In this document: positions 9,860 to 18,708 of the stretch, piece after piece | Position numbering within the stretch: the first letter of the stretch is position 1 | Layout: every line of letters starts with the position of its first letter | Source: a virus | Length of the DNA: 64,000 bases | Reading direction: 5' to 3' (one strand) | IMG/VR virus record: IMGVR_UViG_3300018915_000002 | Program-made: the position numbers and the translations under genes | Notes under the pieces: generated by a model | What the model saw: only the letters and a program-made list of their open reading frames with translations | Told to the model about the DNA's origin: nothing | Databases searched by the model: none

Positions 9860-10273
9860 TTACTCAGCCGATGCTGAGGGTATTAGAGGACACCAATCAG
9901 GAATGCGATCGCCTCCTGGGTTGGGTAGGAACTGCCATTCTTTAAATGAGTCATGTGTACAGTAGGTACGATCAAAGTAACAAGGGCAATCCCCGCAACA
10001 CTCAATCGCTGTCGTGACAGTACGAACAGCCTGCTGCACCTGATCAACGTCAGTTGCTTCTTGACTCCGTAGATTAGGAGGAAGCTGAGGTTGTGGACAC
10101 CAAGCTTTACTTGAATCTATTACCCCACTACCTCGCTGGAAAAAGGCTTTCCCTGTACTGTCAAAAGCCACGCAGGGACAGAATCCGCCCCACTGCTCAG
10201 CAATGAATTTGGAATATCCTACTTTTACGGCTTCAATCACTTTATTGGTTCTACGGTCTATCAAATAAATCAA
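9860..10273 (-). CDS. Hypothetical protein with C-terminal Cys-rich domain paralogous to 9025..9459
   Basis: CGDCPC...CTHDSFKEWQFL...IPDWCPL. Confidence 0.7.
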   Translation of the reverse strand: MIYLIDRRTNKVIEAVKVGYSKFIAEQWGGFCPCVAFDSTGKAFFQRGSGVIDSSKAWCPQPQLPPNLRSQEATDVDQVQQAVRTVTTAIECCGDCPCYFDRTYCTHDSFKEWQFLPNPGGDRIPDWCPLIPSASAE

Positions 10274-10524
10274 TTGCTACCCTCCTCTTTGCTCAGTGGA
10301 GAGGAAATGACACGGTAGCCCCAGAATTCATATCCTTCTGCATCATCGTCTGTTACGTCGATGTATCCAGTTTTGTAGTCAAAGCTCATGCCTCTTTTCT
10401 CTGCCCCCTCTAGATAGTGCCGAACCTGGGATAAAGGCATCATCGCCTCTTCTCTGTCTGTCAGGCTCTGACCATCTGTGTACAGTCCATTAGTGGTCAG
10501 GAATTGAACAAATACTCGTTTCAT
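10270..10524 (-). CDS. Hypothetical protein
   Basis: AAAAGCAAAAACCATG leader; 4-nt overlap with next gene. Confidence 0.65.
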   Translation of the reverse strand: MKRVFVQFLTTNGLYTDGQSLTDREEAMMPLSQVRHYLEGAEKRGMSFDYKTGYIDVTDDDAEGYEFWGYRVISSPLSKEEGSN

Positions 10525-10535
10525 GGTTTTTGCTT

Positions 10536-11132
10536 TTATGTGGTAGTTTCAGTTTCTGCTTCAGCTTTCGCTAGGTATTTTTCGGCAGCCGTAATTTGAT
10601 ATCGGATGATGCCATCTGTGATCGCATTCTCTTCGTAGTCGGGCTTGGCTTTGATTGCGAAGAGGATAGCTCGAATCCTCTTCGGCGACTGATTAGCCGC
10701 CATAGCGCATTCGAGCATCCGACTCAGGTCGTCCTTGTCGTGTTGACTTAGTTCCTGCGCCTCAGTAGATTCTTTGATTGGCAGTGTTATCCCAGGATCG
10801 GGGAGATCCTGTTTGTCCAATTCCTCACAGAGGATGCGAATTGCCGACGCTGGCTGATCTGCGTAGGGAAGCATGACTTTAAAGATAGAACCGCTTTCTG
10901 TATGCTCAAAAGCGGTTCTTACCTCAATCCTCCCTTCCTGGAACGCCTGAAGTCTCTCTGCTGACACGGGGGCATACAAGAACAAATCACCTAGGTGAAA
11001 AGTGTCTACCCAGAGACCGAGGAACAGTTGGCCCTCTTGGTTTTCGCACGAGAACAAACAAGGCTGATCATAGTAGTAGTAAATCGATAGGAACTTAAGG
11101 GTTCCTAGCTCCGAATTCAGTGGCAAAGTCAT
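10536..11132 (-). CDS. DUF6575-like protein
   Basis: YYYDQPCLFSCEN...FLGLWVD...FLYAPVSAERL pattern; leader GAGCAAAATCATG. Confidence 0.5.
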   Translation of the reverse strand: MTLPLNSELGTLKFLSIYYYYDQPCLFSCENQEGQLFLGLWVDTFHLGDLFLYAPVSAERLQAFQEGRIEVRTAFEHTESGSIFKVMLPYADQPASAIRILCEELDKQDLPDPGITLPIKESTEAQELSQHDKDDLSRMLECAMAANQSPKRIRAILFAIKAKPDYEENAITDGIIRYQITAAEKYLAKAEAETETTT

Positions 11133-11276
11133 GATTTTGCTCGATGGACATACTACTATGTTATCACACTTAAGTTACCGGACTGAGCAGAGGAGTGCGA
11201 TCGCAAGCATGTAACAATTAAGTTGTTGAGATCGAGGGTATTTGCGCGTGGTTTATACAAAACTGATTGAACAGCA

Positions 11277-11495
11277 GTGGAAATCATTCGAGAAGGAAAC
11301 CATCCCATGAATGCGTCACCAATCCAGAGGCAAGAAATGCGTAGAGCGTTCTATGCTGGTGTCATGTCATTACTCACTCTACAGAAAGACAGGCTTGGGG
11401 ATGACGACATCAATGAAGAGGAAAGTGTGGCAGTACTAGAATCCATTGAGCAAGAATGTGTTGAGTTCGTTTCACAGATTGGACGCAAGTATTAG
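11277..11495 (+). CDS. Hypothetical phage protein
   Basis: QRQEMRRAFYAG motif common in small phage proteins; start uncertain. Confidence 0.6.
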   Translation: MEIIREGNHPMNASPIQRQEMRRAFYAGVMSLLTLQKDRLGDDDINEEESVAVLESIEQECVEFVSQIGRKY

Positions 11496-11506
11496 GGAGT
11501 GATCGC

Positions 11507-11986
11507 ATGGTCATGGAAGATTACTGGAACCAACGATTCGCCTCGACAGAAGGCAACCCTACATTTAGCCAAGTCGAAGACCAAGGGATCGTATTCTTAA
11601 CTCCAGTTCCCGAAATCAAAGTATTCCGTAACGATCAGTGGCGAGTCATTGGGTTGTTCGATATCCGTTTTGTTCGGCAAACCCAGGTGAAAGATGACAC
11701 TCCTTCCATTGGAGCTAACAGCTACTTTGAACTGGAGCTAGAGTCAGGCGAATTTCTTAAGGTAGCTAATGAGCCTCACTCTTTTGGAGTCACCTCTCGA
11801 CGAGAAGCTGATAACACAGTCAGATTCCTGAGGGATTTGCTACTCATCTGCGATCGCTTTACTAAGGGAGAGTTAGTGGATGGTTCGCATACCCCGTACT
11901 TCACCGAATACGCCCGATGGATTAAGCAAATGCTGAAGGTTGATATTGAGGTGTCCATCTGGGACAAGATAAACAAGATTTACTGA
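11507..11986 (+). CDS. Hypothetical protein
   Basis: 159 aa with GGAG ribosome-binding site. Confidence 0.65.
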   Translation: MVMEDYWNQRFASTEGNPTFSQVEDQGIVFLTPVPEIKVFRNDQWRVIGLFDIRFVRQTQVKDDTPSIGANSYFELELESGEFLKVANEPHSFGVTSRREADNTVRFLRDLLLICDRFTKGELVDGSHTPYFTEYARWIKQMLKVDIEVSIWDKINKIY

Positions 11987-11998
11987 GGAAGCGATCGC

Positions 11999-12190
11999 AT
12001 GAGTCGGGAAGAAGGCTTTTACTGGGTCAAGTCCGTTAACGACATCTACGAGGTGGCGTTATGGGTTAATTCTGAGTGGTTCTCTGCTGGGCGTAAAGAT
12101 GGGCGACCAGACAATCACTTCCAGGTGGTGAGCAACTGCCTGAAACCACCGCACCCATCCCAGCCAAGTACACACGATGAGGAAACATAA
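11999..12190 (+). CDS. Hypothetical protein
   Basis: 63 aa, REEGFYWV phage-type start, GAGGA ribosome-binding site. Confidence 0.6.
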   Translation: MSREEGFYWVKSVNDIYEVALWVNSEWFSAGRKDGRPDNHFQVVSNCLKPPHPSQPSTHDEET

Positions 12191-12192
12191 GC

Positions 12193-12423
12193 ATGAACAA
12201 TGGTCAAGGTTATTGGCAGCATCTAACGATATTTCCAGAGGGTTCAACCCCCGCATACTATCCTGTCGAGAGCCTGACATTTATGAAGGGGATGCTGTTT
12301 GAAGTCATTCGTGATTGCTGCGATCGCGGTGTCCCCGTCGTGGTGATTTTGAGCAAAAACTATGGTTCCCCTCTCCGCGCAGGGGATCTCATGGACTACG
12401 AAACCTCAATCCTTAATCAATAA
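12193..12423 (+). CDS. Hypothetical protein
   Basis: 76 aa, tightly packed operon. Confidence 0.5.
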   Translation: MNNGQGYWQHLTIFPEGSTPAYYPVESLTFMKGMLFEVIRDCCDRGVPVVVILSKNYGSPLRAGDLMDYETSILNQ

Positions 12424-12860
12424 CGATAGGTCACGGAGTTCCGTGTCCGAGAACGTGACTTCAAGAAGCCGCGCATCATTGTTTGATTACGCTTGTCTCG
12501 CTCTTTGATTGATAGCACCTCTACTGGCGTTTCCACCTCACAAGGAGGTTTGAGTGGAATAGAGCAGGCAGCCCTATTTATCTCCTTCATCAGTGGCGCT
12601 AAGCCTCTGAAATCAACAGCATTTATCCTGCCAATAAGCTGAGCAAAAGCAGTTCTGATAGTAGACTCTAATCCACCACCACCCGCCCACGACAGTCTGC
12701 TGATATGTTCATTCAGTTCTGCACTAATTCGGACAGGTTCTGGCACGTAACAATTGGGTGCGATCGCATACCAAATGCCATTAATTTTCTGTGGGGTATC
12801 CCACCCGTTCTTCTGGCACCAGTCGAGGACTAAGCGATCTAAGATATCTAGTTCTTCCAT
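12417..12860 (-). CDS. Hypothetical protein
   Basis: 147 aa; WCQKNGWD...WYAIAPN. Confidence 0.6.
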   Translation of the reverse strand: MEELDILDRLVLDWCQKNGWDTPQKINGIWYAIAPNCYVPEPVRISAELNEHISRLSWAGGGGLESTIRTAFAQLIGRINAVDFRGLAPLMKEINRAACSIPLKPPCEVETPVEVLSIKERDKRNQTMMRGFLKSRSRTRNSVTYRY

Positions 12861-12872
12861 ATTCCTGCCTTC

Positions 12873-13160
12873 TTAAGAGATTAGGGACGCGACTTGATCT
12901 ACAGGAGCAGGAGGGAGTGGTGGGTAAGTAATCGATTGCCAGTCATACACCCCGTCAACCGGAAAACTATGCCCCTGCACGTATACAGGACGGAAGAATC
13001 CGTATGACGAAAACCTCACCTTACCAACTTGCCCCACTTTCCACCCTGACGAGGTGAGTAGGAAGCAGTCCTCAAAGGGAGGGGGCTGAAAGTCTGTAAT
13101 AGTTGGACACGACTTATGGTTCAGCAGTGGGTATTTGGAGAGAGTATCCGACATAAACAA
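12873..13160 (-). CDS. Hypothetical protein
   Basis: 95 aa, packed operon. Confidence 0.5.
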   Translation of the reverse strand: MFMSDTLSKYPLLNHKSCPTITDFQPPPFEDCFLLTSSGWKVGQVGKVRFSSYGFFRPVYVQGHSFPVDGVYDWQSITYPPLPPAPVDQVASLIS

Positions 13161-13403
13161 CTAAGTAGTTTCGCCATTTTTAGGATAAGAGGAAAAGCGT
13201 TTCTGGATCTCAAACAGTAGCGATCGCTCCTTCAACTTTGGGTGTTTCTCGAAGAAGCGATCCAGTAACTGCCCTTCAACATTAAGACCAATAGCGTAGT
13301 CCCTCCCATCCCATGTGCCGTGCTTTAAGCCCAGCCAGCCCTCTTCTCGCATCTCTTCTATCTCAAACCTATTAGAAACAGAGATAATCACAATATATTT
13401 CAC
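13161..13403 (-). CDS. Hypothetical protein
   Basis: 80 aa, packed operon. Confidence 0.5.
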   Translation of the reverse strand: MKYIVIISVSNRFEIEEMREEGWLGLKHGTWDGRDYAIGLNVEGQLLDRFFEKHPKLKERSLLFEIQKRFSSYPKNGETT

Positions 13404-13428
13404 GAGGTGGTACGGGGATAATTGAGAA

Positions 13429-14058
13429 ATGGCTAAGAAGAGACCGAAGCGATCGCCTGCCCCTGCGACTCCACCTCAACCGAACGGCAGACCAACGCAC
13501 TTAAACCAAGAAGTCCAAGACGAGATAGTAGGTTACCTGCTTGAGGGCAACTTCTATAGTGTCGCGTGTGAACTCGCTGGGATACCAGCCCCCACTGGCA
13601 AAGAGTGGTTACGACGGGGGTTGGGGAAGATGGCTGAGCGCCCTCCGACTGATAATTTTGCATCCTTTGCATACGCTGTAAAGAAGGCTCAGGCTCAGGC
13701 AGAACGAGATGCGATCGCCCGGATTAGGGAGGCGGCTGTTGGTCGGCGTGTACTGCGTTCCAAAACTGTGACAAAACGATACCGTGACCGAGAAGGGAAC
13801 GAGGTAGAGGAAGTTACTACTGAGTCTGGAGAGACAACAGTCTATGATTGGAGAGCTGATGCGTGGAGGTTGGAACGCGCTCACCCAGAACGCTGGGGAG
13901 TACAACGCATGGCTGAGCTTGAAGCTTGGAAGGTATTAATTGAAGCCGGACAGGTGCCGGATGAAGTGATCGATGCCCTACTTGCTGGAGAGGAGGAGAG
14001 GCGATCGCGTATCAAGGATGTACTGGTCAGGAACGACGAAGACCACGGAACTCCGTGA
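13429..14058 (+). CDS. Terminase small subunit-like HTH protein
   Basis: GRPTHLN...ACELAGI...WL...FAYAVKKAQAQAE...DWRADAWRLER.HPERWG is typical of TerS-like proteins. Confidence 0.65.
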   Translation: MAKKRPKRSPAPATPPQPNGRPTHLNQEVQDEIVGYLLEGNFYSVACELAGIPAPTGKEWLRRGLGKMAERPPTDNFASFAYAVKKAQAQAERDAIARIREAAVGRRVLRSKTVTKRYRDREGNEVEEVTTESGETTVYDWRADAWRLERAHPERWGVQRMAELEAWKVLIEAGQVPDEVIDALLAGEEERRSRIKDVLVRNDEDHGTP

Positions 14059-14145
14059 CCCGCTTATAGTTAGGTGTGAGAGATGCCTATCTCAATCTGA
14101 AGGGAAAATCGGTATTATAGACTGCAACAAAACTTAATATCCCGT

Positions 14146-14682
14146 GTGTCATGCACGGAATGGGATTGCGTGTTATTACGGATGAAACCCCAGTCATGTA
14201 GGAGTAATTTTTTAAGAGTGAATTGTTCTGAATTTCGTAAGATTAGCTTGATGTGCATCGCCCTAGTTCTTGAAATTGACGGCAATGAGGAGTGGTGGTC
14301 TCTACGTGAATTCCTGGAGATTACACACGAGACCTATATAGCAGAAATCACAGGGAGTAACCAAGACGGATACCGATTCCAGTACATTTCTGGCACCACG
14401 AATTATCTGTCAAATTACTATCAGTCTCGAAAAGCAGCGGTAGAGGCATTAAACTTAGCCCTAGTGCGATCGCTTATTTTAAACAGTCCTTTATCGGTAT
14501 TTGCTGTGGAGGCAATCTCGGACCGTATCCTTTACCAATCTGAAAAGAATATTGCTCAATTTGGCAAGAAGCAAGGACAATCCTCATACCAGGTACTTGA
14601 AAACAGAAAAACCTCCTGGGATAAACAGGAGGTTTTTCATGGACAGCTTACTATTTATCGAGAAGTCGAAGTCGTAGGCTGA
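14146..14682 (+). CDS. Hypothetical protein
   Basis: ORF up to 178 aa; start uncertain. Confidence 0.5.
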   Translation: MSCTEWDCVLLRMKPQSCRSNFLRVNCSEFRKISLMCIALVLEIDGNEEWWSLREFLEITHETYIAEITGSNQDGYRFQYISGTTNYLSNYYQSRKAAVEALNLALVRSLILNSPLSVFAVEAISDRILYQSEKNIAQFGKKQGQSSYQVLENRKTSWDKQEVFHGQLTIYREVEVVG

Positions 14683-15539
14683 CCGTTGGGGCGACGTAGG
14701 TCAAGGATTACCCCTTGCCAGTCACCCTTATATATATCTCTGGAAGTAGTGAAAATGATGGGTTGGAGATCATGTCTCCAGCCCTTTATTTTTAAAAGCA
14801 CGAATGATGACGCGATGTAATCTTCTTTTGAAAAAAGGATATTCCTGTCCCCTTCCAAAAGGAGATTCAGGTTTTCTCCAATCCTACCTTCAAAGCCGTT
14901 CTCTTGGGCTGCGGTACGGGGCTGCCCAGGACGACCTAGTATGTTCAGTGATTCAGTTAGCCAATTTTTAAGTCGATAAAACTCCTGTTCGGTGAATTGT
15001 GACACGCCTTTCTTCTCTGATGTGATAGATGATTTAGCTAACTTATCACAAACAGACAATGCTCCCACCGAGGAAAATTCAGGAGCTAAAAGAGATCGCC
15101 CAACAGGAGAAAGGCGACTCATGCGATCCTTTAATTCTTCGATCTCCGCCAATTCAAGTAGGCTTAACTGCGGCTCTTGGTAGCTAGGGGGTACAGTGAA
15201 AAGGAGGGTTTCAATTTCCTTTTGAGAAAAATGCCGACAGTCTTCTTTATTCCAGAAAAACTCAATCTCAACTAGTGATCGCAGTATTTTTGTGTCGAGG
15301 CTGCGGCGAGAATAGGCTTTCTCGTCACCACTTCTCGAAAAGCGATAAAGCTGGTTGTAACTATATTCGATGCCTAGTGGATCGAGCCTGGAATTTATCC
15401 AGTCGGTGGCTTTCGAGAGCCGTAGACCCAAGTGTTCTAAGGAATCGTTGAAGATCTGCCGAAACAGATCCGCGTTGTATTTCATCATCCTATCTGGATT
15501 ACCTCCTGCGGGAGTGGGTTTATTCAACTGTTGCTGCAC
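14655..15539 (-). CDS. Hypothetical protein, possible N-terminal HTH regulator
   Basis: 294 aa, divergent from nrdJ; LSKATDWIN...SYNQLYRF is helix-turn-helix-like. Confidence 0.55.
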   Translation of the reverse strand: MQQQLNKPTPAGGNPDRMMKYNADLFRQIFNDSLEHLGLRLSKATDWINSRLDPLGIEYSYNQLYRFSRSGDEKAYSRRSLDTKILRSLVEIEFFWNKEDCRHFSQKEIETLLFTVPPSYQEPQLSLLELAEIEELKDRMSRLSPVGRSLLAPEFSSVGALSVCDKLAKSSITSEKKGVSQFTEQEFYRLKNWLTESLNILGRPGQPRTAAQENGFEGRIGENLNLLLEGDRNILFSKEDYIASSFVLLKIKGWRHDLQPIIFTTSRDIYKGDWQGVILDLRRPNGQPTTSTSR

Positions 15540-15657
15540 TTCAATTATGGCGCAAAAGAAATCAGGATTTTAGCACACCTGTCTGAAACTTTTCTTTTAT
15601 TCTTATTCTTATTGACAAAAAACTTTTACAATAACTTTAGACAGTATCCGGAAATTC

Positions 15658-18084
15658 ATGATAACTACTGAGAATACGCGGGTGATGTTCCCTGCTGGTA
15701 CGGGTTTACCCGTTTTCTTCCGTACATACAGCCAGCGGGGCGAGGAGTCGTGGTGGGATGTTTGCTCTAGATGCATCAGTGGATTAAAGAAGCTAGGAAA
15801 TTTATTGGAAGAAGAATCGACTCTTCTTCTTCGCTACATGCAAGAACTAAAATCGCTCCCTTCTGGACGATGGCTCTGGGTGGGTGGCTCGTCTTGGGTG
15901 GAAAAACCGGAGAATTTCTCAGGTGCATACAACTGCACCAGTACAAATGTCCGAGCTTACGACGATCAATCGCCTTGGGCAGCTTTTGGGTGGCTCCTCG
16001 ACTTAGGAATGATGGGATGCGGCACAGGGGCTGTTCTAGAGCCTAAACATATCGATACCCTCCCTCCCATCTGTAATAAGCTCAATATCAATATCCAAGG
16101 GGAGCCAGGGGAGGTTTCCAAACAAGAACGACTGGAATCTACCGAAATCTACACAAACCGAAATACAGTCTACATCCTTATTGGGGATTCCCGAAAGGGA
16201 TGGGTGCAGGCGTACCAGAAAATACTGGAGCTTGCCTCTGATCCTAAATTCGCAGGAGAAGTATTTGTCAATATTTATCTTGGCAATGTCCGCCCTTATG
16301 GAGAGAGGCTTGAAGGGTTTGGAGGTGTTGCAAATCCAATCAAATTAGGCTGGATGTTTGAGGCGATCTCCGAAGTTACCAACGCAGCCATCGGGCGGCA
16401 GCTCAATTCTCTTGAGTGCTGCATGGCAATCGACATTGGGGCGGAAACCATCGTCGCTGGGAATCTAAGAAGAAGTGCTGGGATGCGCCAAGGGGCGTGG
16501 GATGACGATGATTTTACTGATGCAAAACTTGGACTTTATGCCCAAGATGAACAGGGCAACTGGTATTTTCCTGACCCTCGTAAATCCGTTTTACGGATTG
16601 CTAACCATACCCGAATCTTTCACCACAAACCCTCACTCGCAGAAGTCACAGAAGCGGTTGGAAAGCAGTACCACTCTGGTGAAGGGGCGATTATGTGGGC
16701 GGGAGAGTCGGTCTATCGCGCCAATCGCGACTTAATCCAAGAGCGCGATCGCACTACCTTCCTTGCTCTTTACAACATGAGAGTACAATACGCTGAGGAC
16801 TTCTTGGCTGTTGCCCATCTTCGTCGCCACGGAGTTCCGTGTTCCGAGGAAGAACTGGAACATAGACTAGGTCGCGTCGGTCTAAACCCATGTGGTGAGA
16901 TATGCGGTGATTCATTCCACTGCAATTTAGCTGAAGTTCATCTAAATCAAGTTGACGTACAAAACCTAAAAGAGCAGGAAGAGGCTTTCACTGCTGGGGC
17001 ATTAAGTGTAGCTGTACTACTGCGCCATGAATTTCCGAATCCTGTTTACCAGCGATCGCGTGAACTTGATCCGATTGTGGGTGTATCGGCGACTGGGATA
17101 TTCGACTTTTTCGTCAAGCTGTTTGGCGCTCCTTGGTTAAGGTGGTGGGAAGCAGGGCGAGACGAGAATTGGATGAGTGGGCAGGGATATGCCGTATTTA
17201 GTGACGACGCAATTGGCAATCGCTACCCTGATTCATACATCAAAATCAAGGTGCCTCAAAGAATCCTTGATTATTCCGACTACAGCCAACAGCCACTGGG
17301 GCGGGTGTTTAAGCGAGTAGAAGAAGCCTACCTTTCCTTCTGGAGGGAGGTTGTTGAGAAAAAAGTGTGGGAGTACTGCGATCGCAACACACTCAAACGC
17401 CCAAACAGGTGTACAACAATTCAGCCTAGTGGTACAAAATCCCTTCTCACCGGTGCATCGCCTGGGTGGCATCCTCCCAAGGGGCAACGGTTTATCAGAA
17501 GGATAACGTGCGATCGCAATGACCCAGTTGCTCTAGCTTGCTTGGACTATGGGTATAAGGTGGTTCCCGCTCAAGGGGATAAGGATGAAAATGGATATCT
17601 TTTAACTGACCCCTTTGACCCCCGCTGTACAGAGTGGCTGGTAGAAATCCCTTGCGAAGTAAGTTGGGCAAATGATCCTGGGGTAGAAGATATTGACGTG
17701 AGCCAGTTTAGCGCATTAGCTCAATTTAACTTCTACATGCAAGTGCAGAGACACTACACGCGCCACAACACAAGCGCGACCATTGAACTGCGTGAACATG
17801 AAATTGAGCCTGTAGCTCAGCGCATTTATCAGGCAATTCAGACTGATGAGGGATATATCTCGGCTTGTCTCAGCTCACGTTTCGATGATCATGAGACATT
17901 TCCTAGGTTGCCTTTTGAACCTATCAACAAGGAGACTTATCAGCAAATGGTGGGTGAGGTAGAGGAGAGAAGGGTTATAGCAGACTTCCAAGAGGCACTG
18001 CGTAAACGCCAACAGGAATCTACTTATATTCGTTCTGCCTCTGGTCCCGCAGGCTGTGACAGTGTTAAGTGCTTAATACCGTAG
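15658..18084 (+). CDS. nrdJ: Class II adenosylcobalamin-dependent ribonucleotide reductase
   Basis: PSGRWLWVGG, GAYNCTS, RRSAGMRQ, GLNPCGEI, CNLAE, TTIQPSGTKSLL, C-terminal GCDSVKC. Confidence 0.95.
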   Translation: MITTENTRVMFPAGTGLPVFFRTYSQRGEESWWDVCSRCISGLKKLGNLLEEESTLLLRYMQELKSLPSGRWLWVGGSSWVEKPENFSGAYNCTSTNVRAYDDQSPWAAFGWLLDLGMMGCGTGAVLEPKHIDTLPPICNKLNINIQGEPGEVSKQERLESTEIYTNRNTVYILIGDSRKGWVQAYQKILELASDPKFAGEVFVNIYLGNVRPYGERLEGFGGVANPIKLGWMFEAISEVTNAAIGRQLNSLECCMAIDIGAETIVAGNLRRSAGMRQGAWDDDDFTDAKLGLYAQDEQGNWYFPDPRKSVLRIANHTRIFHHKPSLAEVTEAVGKQYHSGEGAIMWAGESVYRANRDLIQERDRTTFLALYNMRVQYAEDFLAVAHLRRHGVPCSEEELEHRLGRVGLNPCGEICGDSFHCNLAEVHLNQVDVQNLKEQEEAFTAGALSVAVLLRHEFPNPVYQRSRELDPIVGVSATGIFDFFVKLFGAPWLRWWEAGRDENWMSGQGYAVFSDDAIGNRYPDSYIKIKVPQRILDYSDYSQQPLGRVFKRVEEAYLSFWREVVEKKVWEYCDRNTLKRPNRCTTIQPSGTKSLLTGASPGWHPPKGQRFIRRITCDRNDPVALACLDYGYKVVPAQGDKDENGYLLTDPFDPRCTEWLVEIPCEVSWANDPGVEDIDVSQFSALAQFNFYMQVQRHYTRHNTSATIELREHEIEPVAQRIYQAIQTDEGYISACLSSRFDDHETFPRLPFEPINKETYQQMVGEVEERRVIADFQEALRKRQQESTYIRSASGPAGCDSVKCLIP

Positions 18085-18161
18085 CACGGAGTTCCGTAGG
18101 AAAAAGCCTGGAGAAATCTGGGCTTTTTCTTGTTGAATATAAGTATTTTGTTGTATGACTA

Positions 18162-18190
18162 TTGACACATATAAGATAAACTGATAAGAT
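18162..18190 (+). promoter_or_regulatory. Sigma70-type promoter
   Basis: TTGACA-17 nt-TAAGAT with TGn extension. Confidence 0.7.
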
Positions 18191-18227
18191 TAAGAGAGAT
18201 AGAACTTATAAACAAAAAAGCAAAATC

Positions 18228-18611
18228 ATGGCAACTACATACGAACAAGCCTTCGCGATCGTCGGTTCCTCCTGGGAAGCACTAGCTGAACTGAAGTTAA
18301 CAGACATCAAGAAATGGGCGGACGTGTTAGATGAAGTGGACGAACTCGTTCAGGAGTCATCCTACCGCTTCAAGACTATAGAACGAGCAAGAGAAGGTGT
18401 ATTCCTTCGGATTTTCACTCCGAAGTTCCACCCCTCCTCTCCCCACTGGGGGAAACGATTCGGAGACGAATTGTTCAACCAACTGGTACACAACTGCGAA
18501 GCAGAAAGGTTTTGGGACGGCTATTACGTTCCAGAACAGCACTCGCAAAAAGCCAAAAACATCATCTGGCGACTTCTCGTAGAGAATGATGCGCTAGACC
18601 TCCTGCCTTAG
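18228..18611 (+). CDS. Hypothetical protein (stand-alone cassette)
   Basis: Own promoter, AAAGCAAAATCATG leader, terminator at 18618-18649. Confidence 0.75.
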   Translation: MATTYEQAFAIVGSSWEALAELKLTDIKKWADVLDEVDELVQESSYRFKTIERAREGVFLRIFTPKFHPSSPHWGKRFGDELFNQLVHNCEAERFWDGYYVPEQHSQKAKNIIWRLLVENDALDLLP

Positions 18612-18708
18612 GAGAGAAGACCCGACTTCAAGTTGAAGTCGGGTTTTTTGTGTCTACATGCCTTAACACTTTACCGATCAATGATCAGTGGGGGTGTTTT
18701 TTTGTCCA

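Noticed and set aside
9025-10273. Diversity-generating retroelement TR/VR pair
   Set aside because: Differences include indels and are not adenine-specific; no reverse transcriptase in the window.
15658-18084. Intein or intron in nrdJ
   Set aside because: Continuous 808-aa ORF of normal size; NPCGE is uninterrupted and no intein termini are visible.
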